Assembly: GCA_022842985.1 (NCBI GenBank)
Contig: JALHON010000025.1
Location: 4,360 to 28,359, forward strand
DNA length: 24,000 nucleotides
Direction of reading: 5' to 3'
Source of the DNA: Acidobacteriota bacterium
GTDB taxonomy: Bacteria > Acidobacteriota > Vicinamibacteria > Vicinamibacterales > UBA2999
Shown: positions 1 to 11,376 of the stretch, piece after piece
How the letters are laid out: the number at the start of each line of letters is the position of its first letter
Position numbering within the stretch: the first letter of the stretch is position 1
Notes under the pieces: generated by a model
Seen by the model: only the letters and a program-made list of their open reading frames with translations
Database searches by the model: none
What the model was told of the DNA's origin: nothing
Position numbers and translations under genes: made by a program

Positions 1-2115
<2,115 letters not shown>

Positions 2116-2198
2116 GGGCTGGGTACTGGAGGCCGGGGGCTGGGGCTCACCGCCGTCACGCTGCCGCCGGCTGAAGAGCTGTCGCCACTTCACACACG

Positions 2199-4772
2199 AT
2201 GACTACTGAATCGCGCGTCCCCGTCAACATCGAAGACGAGATGAAGCGCTCGTACCTGGATTACGCGATGAGCGTGATCATCGGGCGCGCGCTTCCCGAC
2301 GTACGTGACGGGCTCAAGCCCGCGCACCGGCGCGTGCTCTTCGCCATGCGGCAGATGGGCCTCGCGAGCAACCGCGCCTACCGCAAGTGCGCGAAGATCG
2401 TCGGCGAGGTCATCGGCAACTACCATCCGCACGGCGACGCGCCGGCCTACGACACGCTGGTGCGCCTGGCGCAGGACTTCAACATGCGCAAGACCCTGGT
2501 GGATGGCCAGGGCAACTTCGGCTCGGTCGACGGCGATCGGCCGGCCGCCTATCGCTACACGGAAGCGCGCCTCGAAGCGCTGGCCGAAGCGATGATGAAC
2601 GACCTCGACAAGGACACCGTCGACTTCGTTCCGAACTTCGACGAAACCACGACCGAGCCCACCGTCTTCCCGACGGTCTACCCGAACCTGCTCGTCAATG
2701 GCTCGACCGGCATCGCCGTGGGCATGGCCACGAACATCCCGCCGCACAACCTCGGCGAGGTGATCGAAGGCACGGTGTGGCTCATCGAGAACACCCTGCT
2801 CGCGCCGGCCGACGCGCCGAAGCTCACCGCCGAACAGAAGCTCAAGGAGCTCATCCGCCTCATCCCCGGTCCCGACTTCCCGACCGGCGGCATCATCGTG
2901 GGGCTGCGCGGCATCCACGAGGCCTACATCCGCGGACGCGGCGGCGTGCAGGTGCGCGCCAAGGCCGAAATCGAGCCGATGAAGAAGGGCGATCGGCTGC
3001 AGATCGTCATCACCGAGATCCCGTACCAGGTCAACAAGAGCACGCTGCTCGAACGTATCGCCGACCTCGTGCGCGAGAAGTCGCTCGAAGGCATCTCCGA
3101 CATCCGCGATGAATCCGATCGCGACGGCATGCGGATCGTCATCGAGCTGAAGCGCGGCGAAGTGGGCGAGGTGGTGCTGAACAACCTCTACAAGCACACC
3201 CAGCTCCAGCAGACCTTCGGCATCATCACCCTGGCCATCGTGGCCGGCCGGCCGCGCGTGCTCTCGCTGCTCGAAGTGCTCGAGCACTTCATCGAGTTCC
3301 GCCGCGACGTCGTGCGCCGCCGCATCGAATTCGAGCTGCGCAAGGCCGAAGCCCGCGCCCACATCCTCGAAGGCCTGCGGATTGCGCTCGATCAGATCGA
3401 CGCCGTCATCACGCTCATCCGCTCGTCGAAGTCCACGCCCGAAGCGAAGACGGGCCTGATGACGAACTTCGGCCTGTCCGACATCCAGTCGCAGGCGATC
3501 CTCGACATGCAGCTCCAGCGCCTGACCGGCCTCGAGCGGCAGAAGATCCTCGATGAGCTGGCCGAACTCATCAGCCTCATCGAGCGCCTGCGCACGATCC
3601 TCGGCAGCCAGACGCTGCTGCTCAAGATCGTGGTCGACGAGATGCGCGCCGCCCAGGCGAAGTTCAGCGATCCGCGCCGCACCGTCATCATCGAAGACGA
3701 GAGCGAGTTCAGCATCGAAGACCTGATCGCCGACGAAGACGTCGCGATCACGGTCACCGATACCGGCTACATCAAGCGCACGCCGATATCGACCTACCGG
3801 CAGCAGCGCCGCGGCGGCAAGGGCCGCATCGGCATGCGCACGCGCGAGGAAGACGTGGTGAACCACCTCTTCGTCGCCTCCACGCACTCGTTCCTGATGA
3901 TCTTCACGGACCGCGGCCGCGCCTACTGGCTGAAGGTCCACGAGATCCCGGACGTCGGCGCCGATGGCCGCGGCAAGTCGATTGCGAACCTCGTGCAGAT
4001 GGAAGAGGGCGAGAAAATCGCCTCGATGGTGGCGGTGCGCGAGTTCGACGACCAGCACCACGTGGTGATGGGCACGCGCAACGGCACGATCAAGAAGACC
4101 GAGCTCTCCGCCTACTCCAACCCGCGCGCTGGCGGCATCATCGCCATGGGGATCGACGACGGCGACGGCGTCATCGCCGTGCAGCTCTCGGACGGCCAGA
4201 GCGAGATCTTCATCGGCACCCGTCAGGGCATGGCCATCCGCTTCCCCGAAGACGACGTCCGCGCCATGGGCCGCACGGCCTACGGCGTGCGCGGCATCAC
4301 GCTGCGTGAGGGCGACGAAGTCGTAGCGATGGAAGTGGTGAAGCCCGGCGGCACGCTGCTCACCGTGACCGAACTCGGCTACGGGAAGCGCACGCCGCTC
4401 GACGAGTACCGCGTGCAGAGCCGCGGCGGGCTCGGCCTCAAGAACCTCGACATCACGGCGAAGAACGGCCGCGTCATCGAGATCGCGCAGGTGAGCGAAG
4501 ACAAGGAACTGCTGCTCATCACCGAGCAGGGCAAGATCCTGCGGACGCCCACCGAAGACATCCGCACGATCGGCCGCGCCACGCAGGGTGTGCGTCTGAT
4601 GGATCTCGACGAAGACGACAAGGTCGTATCAGTGGCCCTCGTCGAGAAGGACGAAGAAGCCGCGATGGCGGCCGACGCGCCACCGTCCGAGGGAGCGCCG
4701 TCTGATGCGGCGCTGCCGGCCGACGCGCCGTCCGCGGACGTGCCGCCGGGCGACGAACCACCCACGGAGTAG
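2199..4772 (+). CDS. gyrA: DNA gyrase subunit A
   Basis: 857 aa. It has the N-terminal [27 protein letters not shown], the [14 protein letters not shown], the catalytic-Tyr context [10 protein letters not shown] and the GyrA-box QRRGGKG, which argues gyrase rather than topo IV. It lies directly downstream of gyrB. Confidence 0.97.
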   Translation: MTTESRVPVNIEDEMKRSYLDYAMSVIIGRALPDVRDGLKPAHRRVLFAMRQMGLASNRAYRKCAKIVGEVIGNYHPHGDAPAYDTLVRLAQDFNMRKTLVDGQGNFGSVDGDRPAAYRYTEARLEALAEAMMNDLDKDTVDFVPNFDETTTEPTVFPTVYPNLLVNGSTGIAVGMATNIPPHNLGEVIEGTVWLIENTLLAPADAPKLTAEQKLKELIRLIPGPDFPTGGIIVGLRGIHEAYIRGRGGVQVRAKAEIEPMKKGDRLQIVITEIPYQVNKSTLLERIADLVREKSLEGISDIRDESDRDGMRIVIELKRGEVGEVVLNNLYKHTQLQQTFGIITLAIVAGRPRVLSLLEVLEHFIEFRRDVVRRRIEFELRKAEARAHILEGLRIALDQIDAVITLIRSSKSTPEAKTGLMTNFGLSDIQSQAILDMQLQRLTGLERQKILDELAELISLIERLRTILGSQTLLLKIVVDEMRAAQAKFSDPRRTVIIEDESEFSIEDLIADEDVAITVTDTGYIKRTPISTYRQQRRGGKGRIGMRTREEDVVNHLFVASTHSFLMIFTDRGRAYWLKVHEIPDVGADGRGKSIANLVQMEEGEKIASMVAVREFDDQHHVVMGTRNGTIKKTELSAYSNPRAGGIIAMGIDDGDGVIAVQLSDGQSEIFIGTRQGMAIRFPEDDVRAMGRTAYGVRGITLREGDEVVAMEVVKPGGTLLTVTELGYGKRTPLDEYRVQSRGGLGLKNLDITAKNGRVIEIAQVSEDKELLLITEQGKILRTPTEDIRTIGRATQGVRLMDLDEDDKVVSVALVEKDEEAAMAADAPPSEGAPSDAALPADAPSADVPPGDEPPTE

Positions 4773-4778
4773 GGGACG

Positions 4779-4798
4779 GGCCCGGCAGAGGCCGGGCC
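4779..4798. terminator. GC-rich hairpin between convergent gyrA and helicase genes (possible bidirectional terminator)
   Basis: GGCCCGGC (4779-4786), AGAG loop, GCCGGGCC (4791-4798) form a perfect 8-bp stem. It sits in the 33-nt gap between the two stop codons. There is no U-tract on either strand. Confidence 0.4.
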
Positions 4799-4805
4799 AC
4801 CGCGG

Positions 4806-7061
4806 CTACGCCGGCTGGAGCTTCGCGTACTTCGCGCGCAGCGTCTTCGTGCCCACGGTCGTGAACTTCACGACCACCTTCACGTCGTCGTCGAGCTCCT
4901 CGACCGACTGCACCGTGCCCACGCCGAACATCGCGTGACGCACGCGGCTGCCGGCCCTGAGACCGCCGCGGCCCGACTGGTCCTCGTCCTCGGGCTGCAC
5001 CTCACGCGGCGGACGCTGCGGCGCGCGGCTGTAGGGCGTCGCCGCGTAGCCCCAGCTCCGTGCCGGCGACCGCATGCTGCTCTCGGCCCGTGACTCCTCG
5101 TGACGCTGCAACTCAGGGGGAATCTCGTCGAGGAAGCGTGACGGCTCGGTGTCCTTGTACTCGCCGAAGATCCGGCGGCGCATCGCGCTCGTGAGATACA
5201 GCTCGCGCCTGGCGCGGGTGATGCCCACGTAGCAGAGCCGGCGTTCCTCTTCGAGTTCCGACTCGTCGTCCTTCGCGCGCGAATGCGGGAAGAGGCCTTC
5301 CTCCATCCCGGCGATGACCACCACCGGAAACTCGAGGCCCTTGGCCGAGTGCATCGTCATGAGCAGCGCCCGCGCCGCCTGGCTGCCTTCCGGCTTGTCC
5401 ACGTCCGAGAGCAGCGCCAGGCGATCGACGAACGACGCCAGCGACGGATCGGCGTCGCCCGCTTCGAACTGGCGGGCCACCGAGACGAGTTCCATCAGGT
5501 TCTCGATGCGGCCATCAGCTTCTTCGCTCTTCTCTTCGCGCAGATCGCGCAGGTAGCCCGACCGGTCGAGCAGCAGGCCGAGCACCGTGGAGACGGGGTC
5601 TTTCTCTGCCGCTGCCGTGATGCCGAGCATCATGTCGCGGAACGCGGCGAGCGGCGCCGCCTGGCGCGACGACACGCCGCCGCGGGTGACCGCGGCGTCG
5701 AGCTTCGCCCACAGCGAGTTCGACGACGAGATCATGTCGAGACCGGCGAGCAGCGGCGGCGCGTCCATGTCGGGCGCCTGCGTGTCCACACGCTCGAGCG
5801 CATCCATCACGCCCTTGCCGATGCCGCGTGGCGGCACGTTGATGACGCGCCGGAGGGCGACGTCGTCGTGCGGATTGAGCACGAGCTTCAGATACGACAA
5901 CGCGTCCTTGATCTCGCGCCGTTCGTAGAACCCGGTACCGCCGAGCACCTGGTACGGGATGCCGGCCGTGCGCAGCCCGTCTTCCACCGCGCGCGACTGC
6001 GCGTTCGTGCGGTAGAGAATCGCAGCCGTGGTGGCGTAGTCGGCCTGGATGGCACGCCGCACGACCTTCACGATGAAATCGGCCTCGTCGAGTTCGTCGG
6101 CGCCGCGGTAGGTGACGATTGGCGCGCCGCCGGCCTGATCCGTCCACAGCACCTTGTCCTTACGGCCGCGGTTGTGGCTCACCACTGCCGATGCCGCATC
6201 GAGAATGACCTGCGTCGAGCGGTAGTTGCGTTCGAGCTTGACGGTGACGGCGTCTGGAAAGTCGTGCTCGAAGTCGAGGATGTTCTTCACATCCGCGCCA
6301 CGCCACTTGTAGATCGACTGGTCGGGATCGCCCACCACGCACAGGTTGCCGTGCACGCTCACGAGCTGCTTCACGAGCAGGTACTGCGGGCGGTTCGTGT
6401 CCTGGTACTCGTCGATCATCGCGAAGCGGAAGCGGCGGGCGTAGCGTTCGCGCACGGCCGGCGCCGTGTCGAAGAGTTCCACGGTCTTCAGCAGCAGATC
6501 GTCGAAATCAAGCGCGCTCGCTTCCTTGAGCGCATCGAGGTACCCCTGATACAGCTTGCCGATGTCGCGGTCGCGCAGATTCCACGCGTCCTTGAACGTC
6601 TCCGGACCCTCCATACGGTTCTTCGCATGGCTGATGCGGCCGAGCACCATGCGCGGCTGGAACGTGGAGTCGTCCATGCCGTAGTCCTTCACGAGCTGCT
6701 TGATGACCGACTGCTGATCGCCGGAATCGTAGATCGTGAAGCTGCGCGAGAGGCCCAGATGGTGTGCCTCGCGGCGCAGCAGCTTGGCGCAGAGGGCGTG
6801 GAAGGTCGAGATCCACATGCCCTTGCAGTCGCACTCGAGGAGCACGCCCACGCGGTGCCGCATCTCTTCAGCGGCCTTGTTGGTGAAGGTGACCGCCAGC
6901 ACCTCGTCGAGCGAGGCGTGGCGTTCCTGGATGAGATGGGCGACGCGGTGCGCGATGACGCGCGTCTTGCCGGAACCGGCGCCGGCGAGGATGAGCAGCG
7001 CGCCGTCGACGTGTTCGACGGCCGCGCGCTGCTCGGAATTCAGTGACGACAGAAGGTCCAT
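4806..7061 (-). CDS. pcrA: ATP-dependent DNA helicase, UvrD/PcrA/Rep family (SF1)
   Basis: 751 aa. It has Walker A AGAGSGKT, motifs TFHALC, DEYQDTN, VGDPDQSIYKWRGA, YRSTQ and TMHSAKGLEFPVV, and RRLCYVGITRA. The C-terminal GxxVxHxxFGxGTV Tudor-like tail is typical of PcrA/UvrD. Confidence 0.93.
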   Translation of the reverse strand: MDLLSSLNSEQRAAVEHVDGALLILAGAGSGKTRVIAHRVAHLIQERHASLDEVLAVTFTNKAAEEMRHRVGVLLECDCKGMWISTFHALCAKLLRREAHHLGLSRSFTIYDSGDQQSVIKQLVKDYGMDDSTFQPRMVLGRISHAKNRMEGPETFKDAWNLRDRDIGKLYQGYLDALKEASALDFDDLLLKTVELFDTAPAVRERYARRFRFAMIDEYQDTNRPQYLLVKQLVSVHGNLCVVGDPDQSIYKWRGADVKNILDFEHDFPDAVTVKLERNYRSTQVILDAASAVVSHNRGRKDKVLWTDQAGGAPIVTYRGADELDEADFIVKVVRRAIQADYATTAAILYRTNAQSRAVEDGLRTAGIPYQVLGGTGFYERREIKDALSYLKLVLNPHDDVALRRVINVPPRGIGKGVMDALERVDTQAPDMDAPPLLAGLDMISSSNSLWAKLDAAVTRGGVSSRQAAPLAAFRDMMLGITAAAEKDPVSTVLGLLLDRSGYLRDLREEKSEEADGRIENLMELVSVARQFEAGDADPSLASFVDRLALLSDVDKPEGSQAARALLMTMHSAKGLEFPVVVIAGMEEGLFPHSRAKDDESELEEERRLCYVGITRARRELYLTSAMRRRIFGEYKDTEPSRFLDEIPPELQRHEESRAESSMRSPARSWGYAATPYSRAPQRPPREVQPEDEDQSGRGGLRAGSRVRHAMFGVGTVQSVEELDDDVKVVVKFTTVGTKTLRAKYAKLQPA

Positions 7062-7068
7062 TTAGGCA

Positions 7069-7179
7069 GGGGCTGGGGGCCGGGGCCTCGGGACTGGCGC
7101 GTGCCGGCGCCGCGATGCAAAAGACATGTCTTTCACTCGCGGGACGTTGGCACGCCCCAGCCCCTGGTCCCTGGCCCCC
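7069..7179. repeat. Imperfect G-run/C-run inverted repeat enclosing a perfect 14-bp palindrome (glmS-pcrA intergenic element)
   Basis: The left arm GGGGCTGGGGGCCGGGGCCTCGGGACTGGCGCGTGCC (7069-7105) is partly complementary to the right arm GGCACGCCCCAGCCCCTGGTCCCTGGCCCCC (7149-7179). The centre holds AAAGACATGTCTTT (7120-7133), a perfect palindrome. Confidence 0.55.
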
Positions 7180-7188
7180 AGAACCTGT

Positions 7189-9033
7189 CTATTCTACCGT
7201 GACGCTCTTCGCGAGGTTGCGCGGCTGATCGACGTCGCAGCCGCGGCGCACGGCGATGTGATACGAGAGCAGCTGCAGCGGCACCGTGATCACGATGGGC
7301 GCGAGGAACGGCGACATGGCAGGAATTGCCACGATCGAGTCGCTCGTGCGATCGAGCATTCGCCAGAGGGTGTCGTCGCCGGCGGTCGTGATGGCAATCA
7401 CGGCGCCACCGCGGGCCTTGGCCTCCTGGATGTTCCCCTGCATCTTCTCGAAGACATGGTCATGTGGCGCAATCGCCACGACCGGCATCCGCTCGTCGAT
7501 GAGGGCGATCGGCCCGTGTTTCATCTCGCCGGCTGGATAGCCCTCGGCGTGGATGTAGGAGATTTCCTTGAGCTTCAGCGCGCCCTCGAGCGCGATCGGG
7601 TAGTTGATGCCGCGCCCGAGGTAGAGGAAGTCGGTGCGGTTGTAGAAGCGCGAGGCGATGTCTTCGATCTGTGGCGCGCACTTCAGTACCTGCTCGATCT
7701 GCTGCGGCAACTGCAGCAGGTCGGCGATGTGGGTCTTGCGCTGGTCGACCGTGAGCGTCTTGCGCGCCTGGCCCATGTGCAGCGCGAGCAGATAGAGCGC
7801 CACGAGCTGCGACGTGAAGGCCTTGGTCGACGCCACACCGATTTCCGGCCCGGCGTGCGTGTAGATGGTGCCGTCGCTCTCGCGCGTGGCCATGCTGCCC
7901 ACGACGTTGCAGATGGCGAGGCTCTTCGCGCCCTGCTGCTTGGCTTCGCGCAGCGCCGCCAGCGTGTCGGCGGTTTCGCCCGACTGTGTGATGGCCACGG
8001 CGAGTGTCGTCGGCCCGGCGAGCGGCTTGCGGTACCGGTACTCGGAGCCGTAGTCCACTTCCACGGGCACCCGCGCCAGCTCCTCGATGAGGAACTTGCC
8101 GACGAGCGCCGCATGCCACGACGTGCCGCAGGCGATGAGCGTGACGCGGTCGATGCTCGTGAGGTCCGCGTCCGAAAGACCCGTATCGTCCGGGAAGATG
8201 GTGCCCGTCTCGAGCGAGACGCGGCCGAGGATGGTGTCGCGCACGGCCGCCGGCTGCTCGAAGATCTCCTTGAGCATGAAGTGCTTGTAGCCGGCCTTCT
8301 CGGCGGCGATGGGATCCCAGGTGACGCGGGTGGGCGTCTTGGCGATGACCGTGCCGGTGAAATCCGAGAACACGGCGCCGGCCTGCGTGACCACGGCCAT
8401 TTCCTGGTCGCCGAGGAACACGACGTTGCGCGTGTACTGCAGGATGGCCGGAATGTCGGAGGCGACGAAGTACTCGCCCTCGCCAAGACCCACGACCACC
8501 GGCGGGCCATTGCGGACTGCGACGAGCTTCTGCGGGTCGTCGGCCGAGAGCAGCACGAGCGCGAACAGGCCCCGCAGGCGTGTCATGGCGCGGCGCACCG
8601 CGCCGTCGAGGCCGTCGTCCTTCCATTCGCGCTCGACGAGATGCGCCACCACTTCCGTGTCGGTCTCGCTCACGAACGTGTGGCCCTGCGACTGCAGCTC
8701 GCGCTTCAGCTCGAGGTAGTTCTCGATGATCCCGTTGTGCACCACGACGATACGCCCGCGGCTGTCGCGGTGCGGATGCGCGTTCTCTTCCGTGGGGCGG
8801 CCGTGCGTCGCCCAACGGGTATGGCCGAGGCCGTACTCGCCCGAGAGGGGATCGGCAGCGAGGGCCGTTTCGAGGTTGCCGAGTTTGCCGGCGCTCCGCC
8901 GGATCGACAGCTCGCCGTTGTTGACGACGGCGATGCCGGCCGAGTCATAACCGCGGTATTCGAGCTTCCGCAGCCCCTCGATGATGAGCGGCACGACCTG
9001 CCGCTGCCCGATGTAACCGATGATTCCGCACAT
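7189..9033 (-). CDS. glmS: Glutamine--fructose-6-phosphate aminotransferase (isomerising)
   Basis: 614 aa. It starts MCGIIGYIG (N-terminal nucleophile Cys), has two SIS-domain regions ([18 protein letters not shown]) and ends with the canonical ...[10 protein letters not shown]. Confidence 0.97.
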   Translation of the reverse strand: MCGIIGYIGQRQVVPLIIEGLRKLEYRGYDSAGIAVVNNGELSIRRSAGKLGNLETALAADPLSGEYGLGHTRWATHGRPTEENAHPHRDSRGRIVVVHNGIIENYLELKRELQSQGHTFVSETDTEVVAHLVEREWKDDGLDGAVRRAMTRLRGLFALVLLSADDPQKLVAVRNGPPVVVGLGEGEYFVASDIPAILQYTRNVVFLGDQEMAVVTQAGAVFSDFTGTVIAKTPTRVTWDPIAAEKAGYKHFMLKEIFEQPAAVRDTILGRVSLETGTIFPDDTGLSDADLTSIDRVTLIACGTSWHAALVGKFLIEELARVPVEVDYGSEYRYRKPLAGPTTLAVAITQSGETADTLAALREAKQQGAKSLAICNVVGSMATRESDGTIYTHAGPEIGVASTKAFTSQLVALYLLALHMGQARKTLTVDQRKTHIADLLQLPQQIEQVLKCAPQIEDIASRFYNRTDFLYLGRGINYPIALEGALKLKEISYIHAEGYPAGEMKHGPIALIDERMPVVAIAPHDHVFEKMQGNIQEAKARGGAVIAITTAGDDTLWRMLDRTSDSIVAIPAMSPFLAPIVITVPLQLLSYHIAVRRGCDVDQPRNLAKSVTVE

Positions 9034-9069
9034 GGTGGATGTCCTGCCCGTCCGCGCTCTTGCCCGGGT

Positions 9070-10464
9070 CTAGCGGCCGGCGGGGTCGCCCTTCGACACC
9101 CGCGCCGCGACCCATCCGGTCTTGTTCGTCTGCTTGCCGCGGGCGATACCCAGCGCGCCGTCCGGGACGTCGAGGGTGATTGCCGATCCGGCCGCCACGT
9201 AGGCGCCCTCGCCCACCCGTACGGGAGCGACCAGGGTGGAATCGCTGCCGACGAACGCGCCGTCGCCGATCACCGTGCGGTGCTTCTTCCGGCCGTCGTA
9301 GTTGCAGGTGATGGTGCCGGCCCCCACGTTTACGCCGGCCCCCACGGTAGAGTCGCCAAGATAGGCCAAATGGCCTACTTTGGTGCCCTTCCCAAGCTGT
9401 GACTTCTTGATCTCGACGAAGTTCCCGATGTGCACCTGCTCGCCAATTTCTGATTCTGGACGAATTCTGGCAAATGGCCCAAGCTGGGCGCCGTCCGCAA
9501 CGGTCGACGCCTGCACCACCGAGTGATTGAAGACGGTCACGCAGTTCCCGAGCATCGCGCCCGAGATCCTGGTGCCGGCGTGGAGCTCGCAGCCCTCGCC
9601 AATCGTGGTCGCGCCGTCGAGGATCACGAAGGGGTGGAGGATGGTGTCCTGGCCGATGCGTACGTCCGGCCCGATGTAGGCCGTCGCCGGGTCGACCAGG
9701 GTGACACCGGCCGCCATGTGGGCGGCATTGATGCGGCCCTGGAGCACGCGGCCCACCTCGGCCAGTTCCGCCCGGGTGTTGATGCCGCGGATTTCGTCCG
9801 CGTCGTCGAGCTGCACCGCGTCGACCACCCGGCCGTCGCGGCGGTAGATGTCCACGAGGTCTGGCAGGTAGTACTCGCCCTGCGCGTTGGCCGACCCCAG
9901 CCGCCCGAGTGCGGCAAAGAGCGGCGCGAGCTCGAAGACATAGACGCCGCTGTTGATCTCCCGCACCTCGCGCTCGGCAGGGGTGGCGTCGCGGTGCTCG
10001 ACGATGCGTACGAGCGCGCCATGCTCGCGGATCATGCGGCCGTAGCCGGTGGGGTCTGGCACCTCGGCGGTGGCCACGACCACCGCGGCCTGTCGCGCGG
10101 CCTGGGCATCGAGCACCCGGCGCACACTGGCGGCGGTGAGGAGCGGCACGTCGCCCGAGAGCAGCAGCACGCGACCCGTGGCGCCCTCGAGCGCCGGACC
10201 GGCCTGCAGCAGGGCGTGGCCCGTGCCGAGCTGCGGTTCCTGAATGACACAGCGGACGTCCGGGCCTTCGACCGCGGCGCGCACCACATCGGCGCCGTGG
10301 CCGAGAACGACCGTGATCGACGCCGGGTCGAGCGATCGGGCCAGGCGCAGCACCCATTCGATGAGGGGCAGGCCCGCCGCCTTGTGGAGCACCTTCGGCA
10401 GGGCCGACTTCATGCGGGTGCCCTTACCGGCCGCGAGCACCACGATGTGGAGATCGTTCTGCAT
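9070..10464 (-). CDS. glmU: Bifunctional UDP-N-acetylglucosamine pyrophosphorylase / glucosamine-1-phosphate N-acetyltransferase
   Basis: I place the start at ATG 10464 (MQNDLHIVVLAAGKGTRM, the nucleotidyltransferase signature). The C-terminal left-handed beta-helix hexapeptide repeats include NFVEIKKS and GAGTITCNYDG. The listed ORF start at 10578 would overlap rsmI. The gene ends 36 nt upstream of glmS. Confidence 0.95.
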   Translation of the reverse strand: MQNDLHIVVLAAGKGTRMKSALPKVLHKAAGLPLIEWVLRLARSLDPASITVVLGHGADVVRAAVEGPDVRCVIQEPQLGTGHALLQAGPALEGATGRVLLLSGDVPLLTAASVRRVLDAQAARQAAVVVATAEVPDPTGYGRMIREHGALVRIVEHRDATPAEREVREINSGVYVFELAPLFAALGRLGSANAQGEYYLPDLVDIYRRDGRVVDAVQLDDADEIRGINTRAELAEVGRVLQGRINAAHMAAGVTLVDPATAYIGPDVRIGQDTILHPFVILDGATTIGEGCELHAGTRISGAMLGNCVTVFNHSVVQASTVADGAQLGPFARIRPESEIGEQVHIGNFVEIKKSQLGKGTKVGHLAYLGDSTVGAGVNVGAGTITCNYDGRKKHRTVIGDGAFVGSDSTLVAPVRVGEGAYVAAGSAITLDVPDGALGIARGKQTNKTGWVAARVSKGDPAGR

Positions 10465-10498
10465 CTCTCTGGGATCTCGGTTGAAGGACGCCGGCTCG

Positions 10499-11332
10499 TC
10501 AGCCCTTCGACTTCCGGACGATTTCGTAGACTTCGTTGGCCGAGAGCCCGGTTTCCGCGGCGACCTGGCGAGCCGCATCCCGGCCCCTCTTGTCTGTTAT
10601 TCGACCAAACATTTCCAGCACGGCGTCGTCCGATGGCCGCTCAGCCGGGCCACTGATGGGTTTCTTCCTCGGTAGTACCAGCGTGAATTCACCCGCCACG
10701 ACCGTGAGCTGCGTCAACACCTCTGGGATCGTGCCCCGGTAGACCGACTCATGGAGTTTTGTCGTCTCCCGAAACACCGATATTTGGTCGTATGACATAT
10801 TATTCAGCTGCTCCAACGTCGCCTTCACGCGGTGGGGCGCTTCGAAGAACACCACCGGCGCGTCTTCCACAGCCCGGCCCAACGTCCCGAACCAACTTTC
10901 TCTGTCTTTTCCCCTAATAGGAGGAAATCCCAGGAAGGTGAAGCCGATGTCCGGCAACCCCGCCGCCGAGAGCGCGGCCATGACCGCACTGGGCCCCGGC
11001 ACTGGCTCGACGCGAATACCCGCTGCGACGGCCACACGCACGAGCTCCGCCCCGGGGTCGGAGACGGCCGGGGTGCCCGCATCCGAGACGAGCGCCACCG
11101 ACTCGCCACGCCGGAGCCGATCGACCAGGCCCTCGGCCTTCAGGCCTTCATTGTGGGAGTGCAGGCTGACGAGGCGGGTCGTAATGCCGAAATGGCGGAG
11201 GAGCTGGCCCGAGCGCCGGGTGTCTTCGGCCGCCACCACCGCCACCTCGCGCAGCACCCGGAGGGCACGGAAGGTGATGTCCTCGAGATTGCCGATAGGC
11301 GTTGCGACGACGTAAAGCGTACCAGCCATCAC
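10499..11332 (-). CDS. rsmI: 16S rRNA (cytidine1402-2'-O)-methyltransferase
   Basis: The N-terminus GTLYVVATPIGNLEDITFRALRVL and the motifs VAAEDTR and SDAGTPAVSDPG mark the tetrapyrrole-methylase-fold RsmI family. The first codon is GTG at 11332 with ATG at 11329, and either may be the start. Confidence 0.92.
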   Translation of the reverse strand: MMAGTLYVVATPIGNLEDITFRALRVLREVAVVAAEDTRRSGQLLRHFGITTRLVSLHSHNEGLKAEGLVDRLRRGESVALVSDAGTPAVSDPGAELVRVAVAAGIRVEPVPGPSAVMAALSAAGLPDIGFTFLGFPPIRGKDRESWFGTLGRAVEDAPVVFFEAPHRVKATLEQLNNMSYDQISVFRETTKLHESVYRGTIPEVLTQLTVVAGEFTLVLPRKKPISGPAERPSDDAVLEMFGRITDKRGRDAARQVAAETGLSANEVYEIVRKSKG

Positions 11333-11343
11333 GGCCGCTTTTT

Positions 11344-11349
11344 ATTGTA
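11344..11349 (-). promoter_or_regulatory. Candidate -10 box (TACAAT on minus strand) for rsmI-glmU-glmS
   Basis: ATTGTA on the plus strand reads TACAAT on the minus strand, 14 nt upstream of the rsmI ATG (11329). It lies in the only AT-rich patch of the rsmI/DUF885 divergent gap. I saw no convincing -35. Confidence 0.3.
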
Positions 11350-11376
11350 CCATCTGGAGATGCCCGCTCCCCGAGC

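Noticed and set aside
2190-4061. 623-aa ORF antisense to gyrA
   Set aside because: It lies entirely within and opposite the strongly supported gyrA frame. The product is low-complexity (Ala/Arg/Asp/Leu/Val-rich), as expected for the mirror frame of a high-GC gene. It has no recognisable motifs.
5283-7046. 587-aa ORF antisense to the PcrA/UvrD helicase gene
   Set aside because: This is the same high-GC antisense-frame artefact. The helicase frame carries all SF1 motifs, and the antisense product has none.
7120-7133. The palindrome AAAGACATGTCTTT as a LexA (SOS) box upstream of a uvrD-like gene
   Set aside because: It does not match the LexA box consensuses I know (CTGT-N8-ACAG, GAAC-N4-GTTC, GTTC-N7-GTTC). 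I keep it only as an unassigned palindrome within the intergenic-element finding.
9034-9069. Possible glmS ribozyme upstream of glmS
   Set aside because: Only 36 nt separate the glmU stop and the glmS start. That is far too short for the roughly 170-nt ribozyme, and the layout is the E. coli-like glmU-glmS operon instead.
7126-9402. 758-aa ORF antisense to glmS and the glmU 3' end, with other nested ORFs (7460..8815, 7683..8510, 8945..10357)
   Set aside because: It overlaps two unambiguous housekeeping genes on the opposite strand or in other frames. The composition is Arg/Ala/Gly/Pro-rich, typical of off-frame translation of GC-rich DNA.
10465-10578. N-terminal 38-codon extension of the glmU ORF
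   Set aside because: The extension would overlap the 3' end of rsmI. It precedes the canonical GlmU N-terminus (LHIVVLAAGKGTRM directly follows MQND at ATG 10464).
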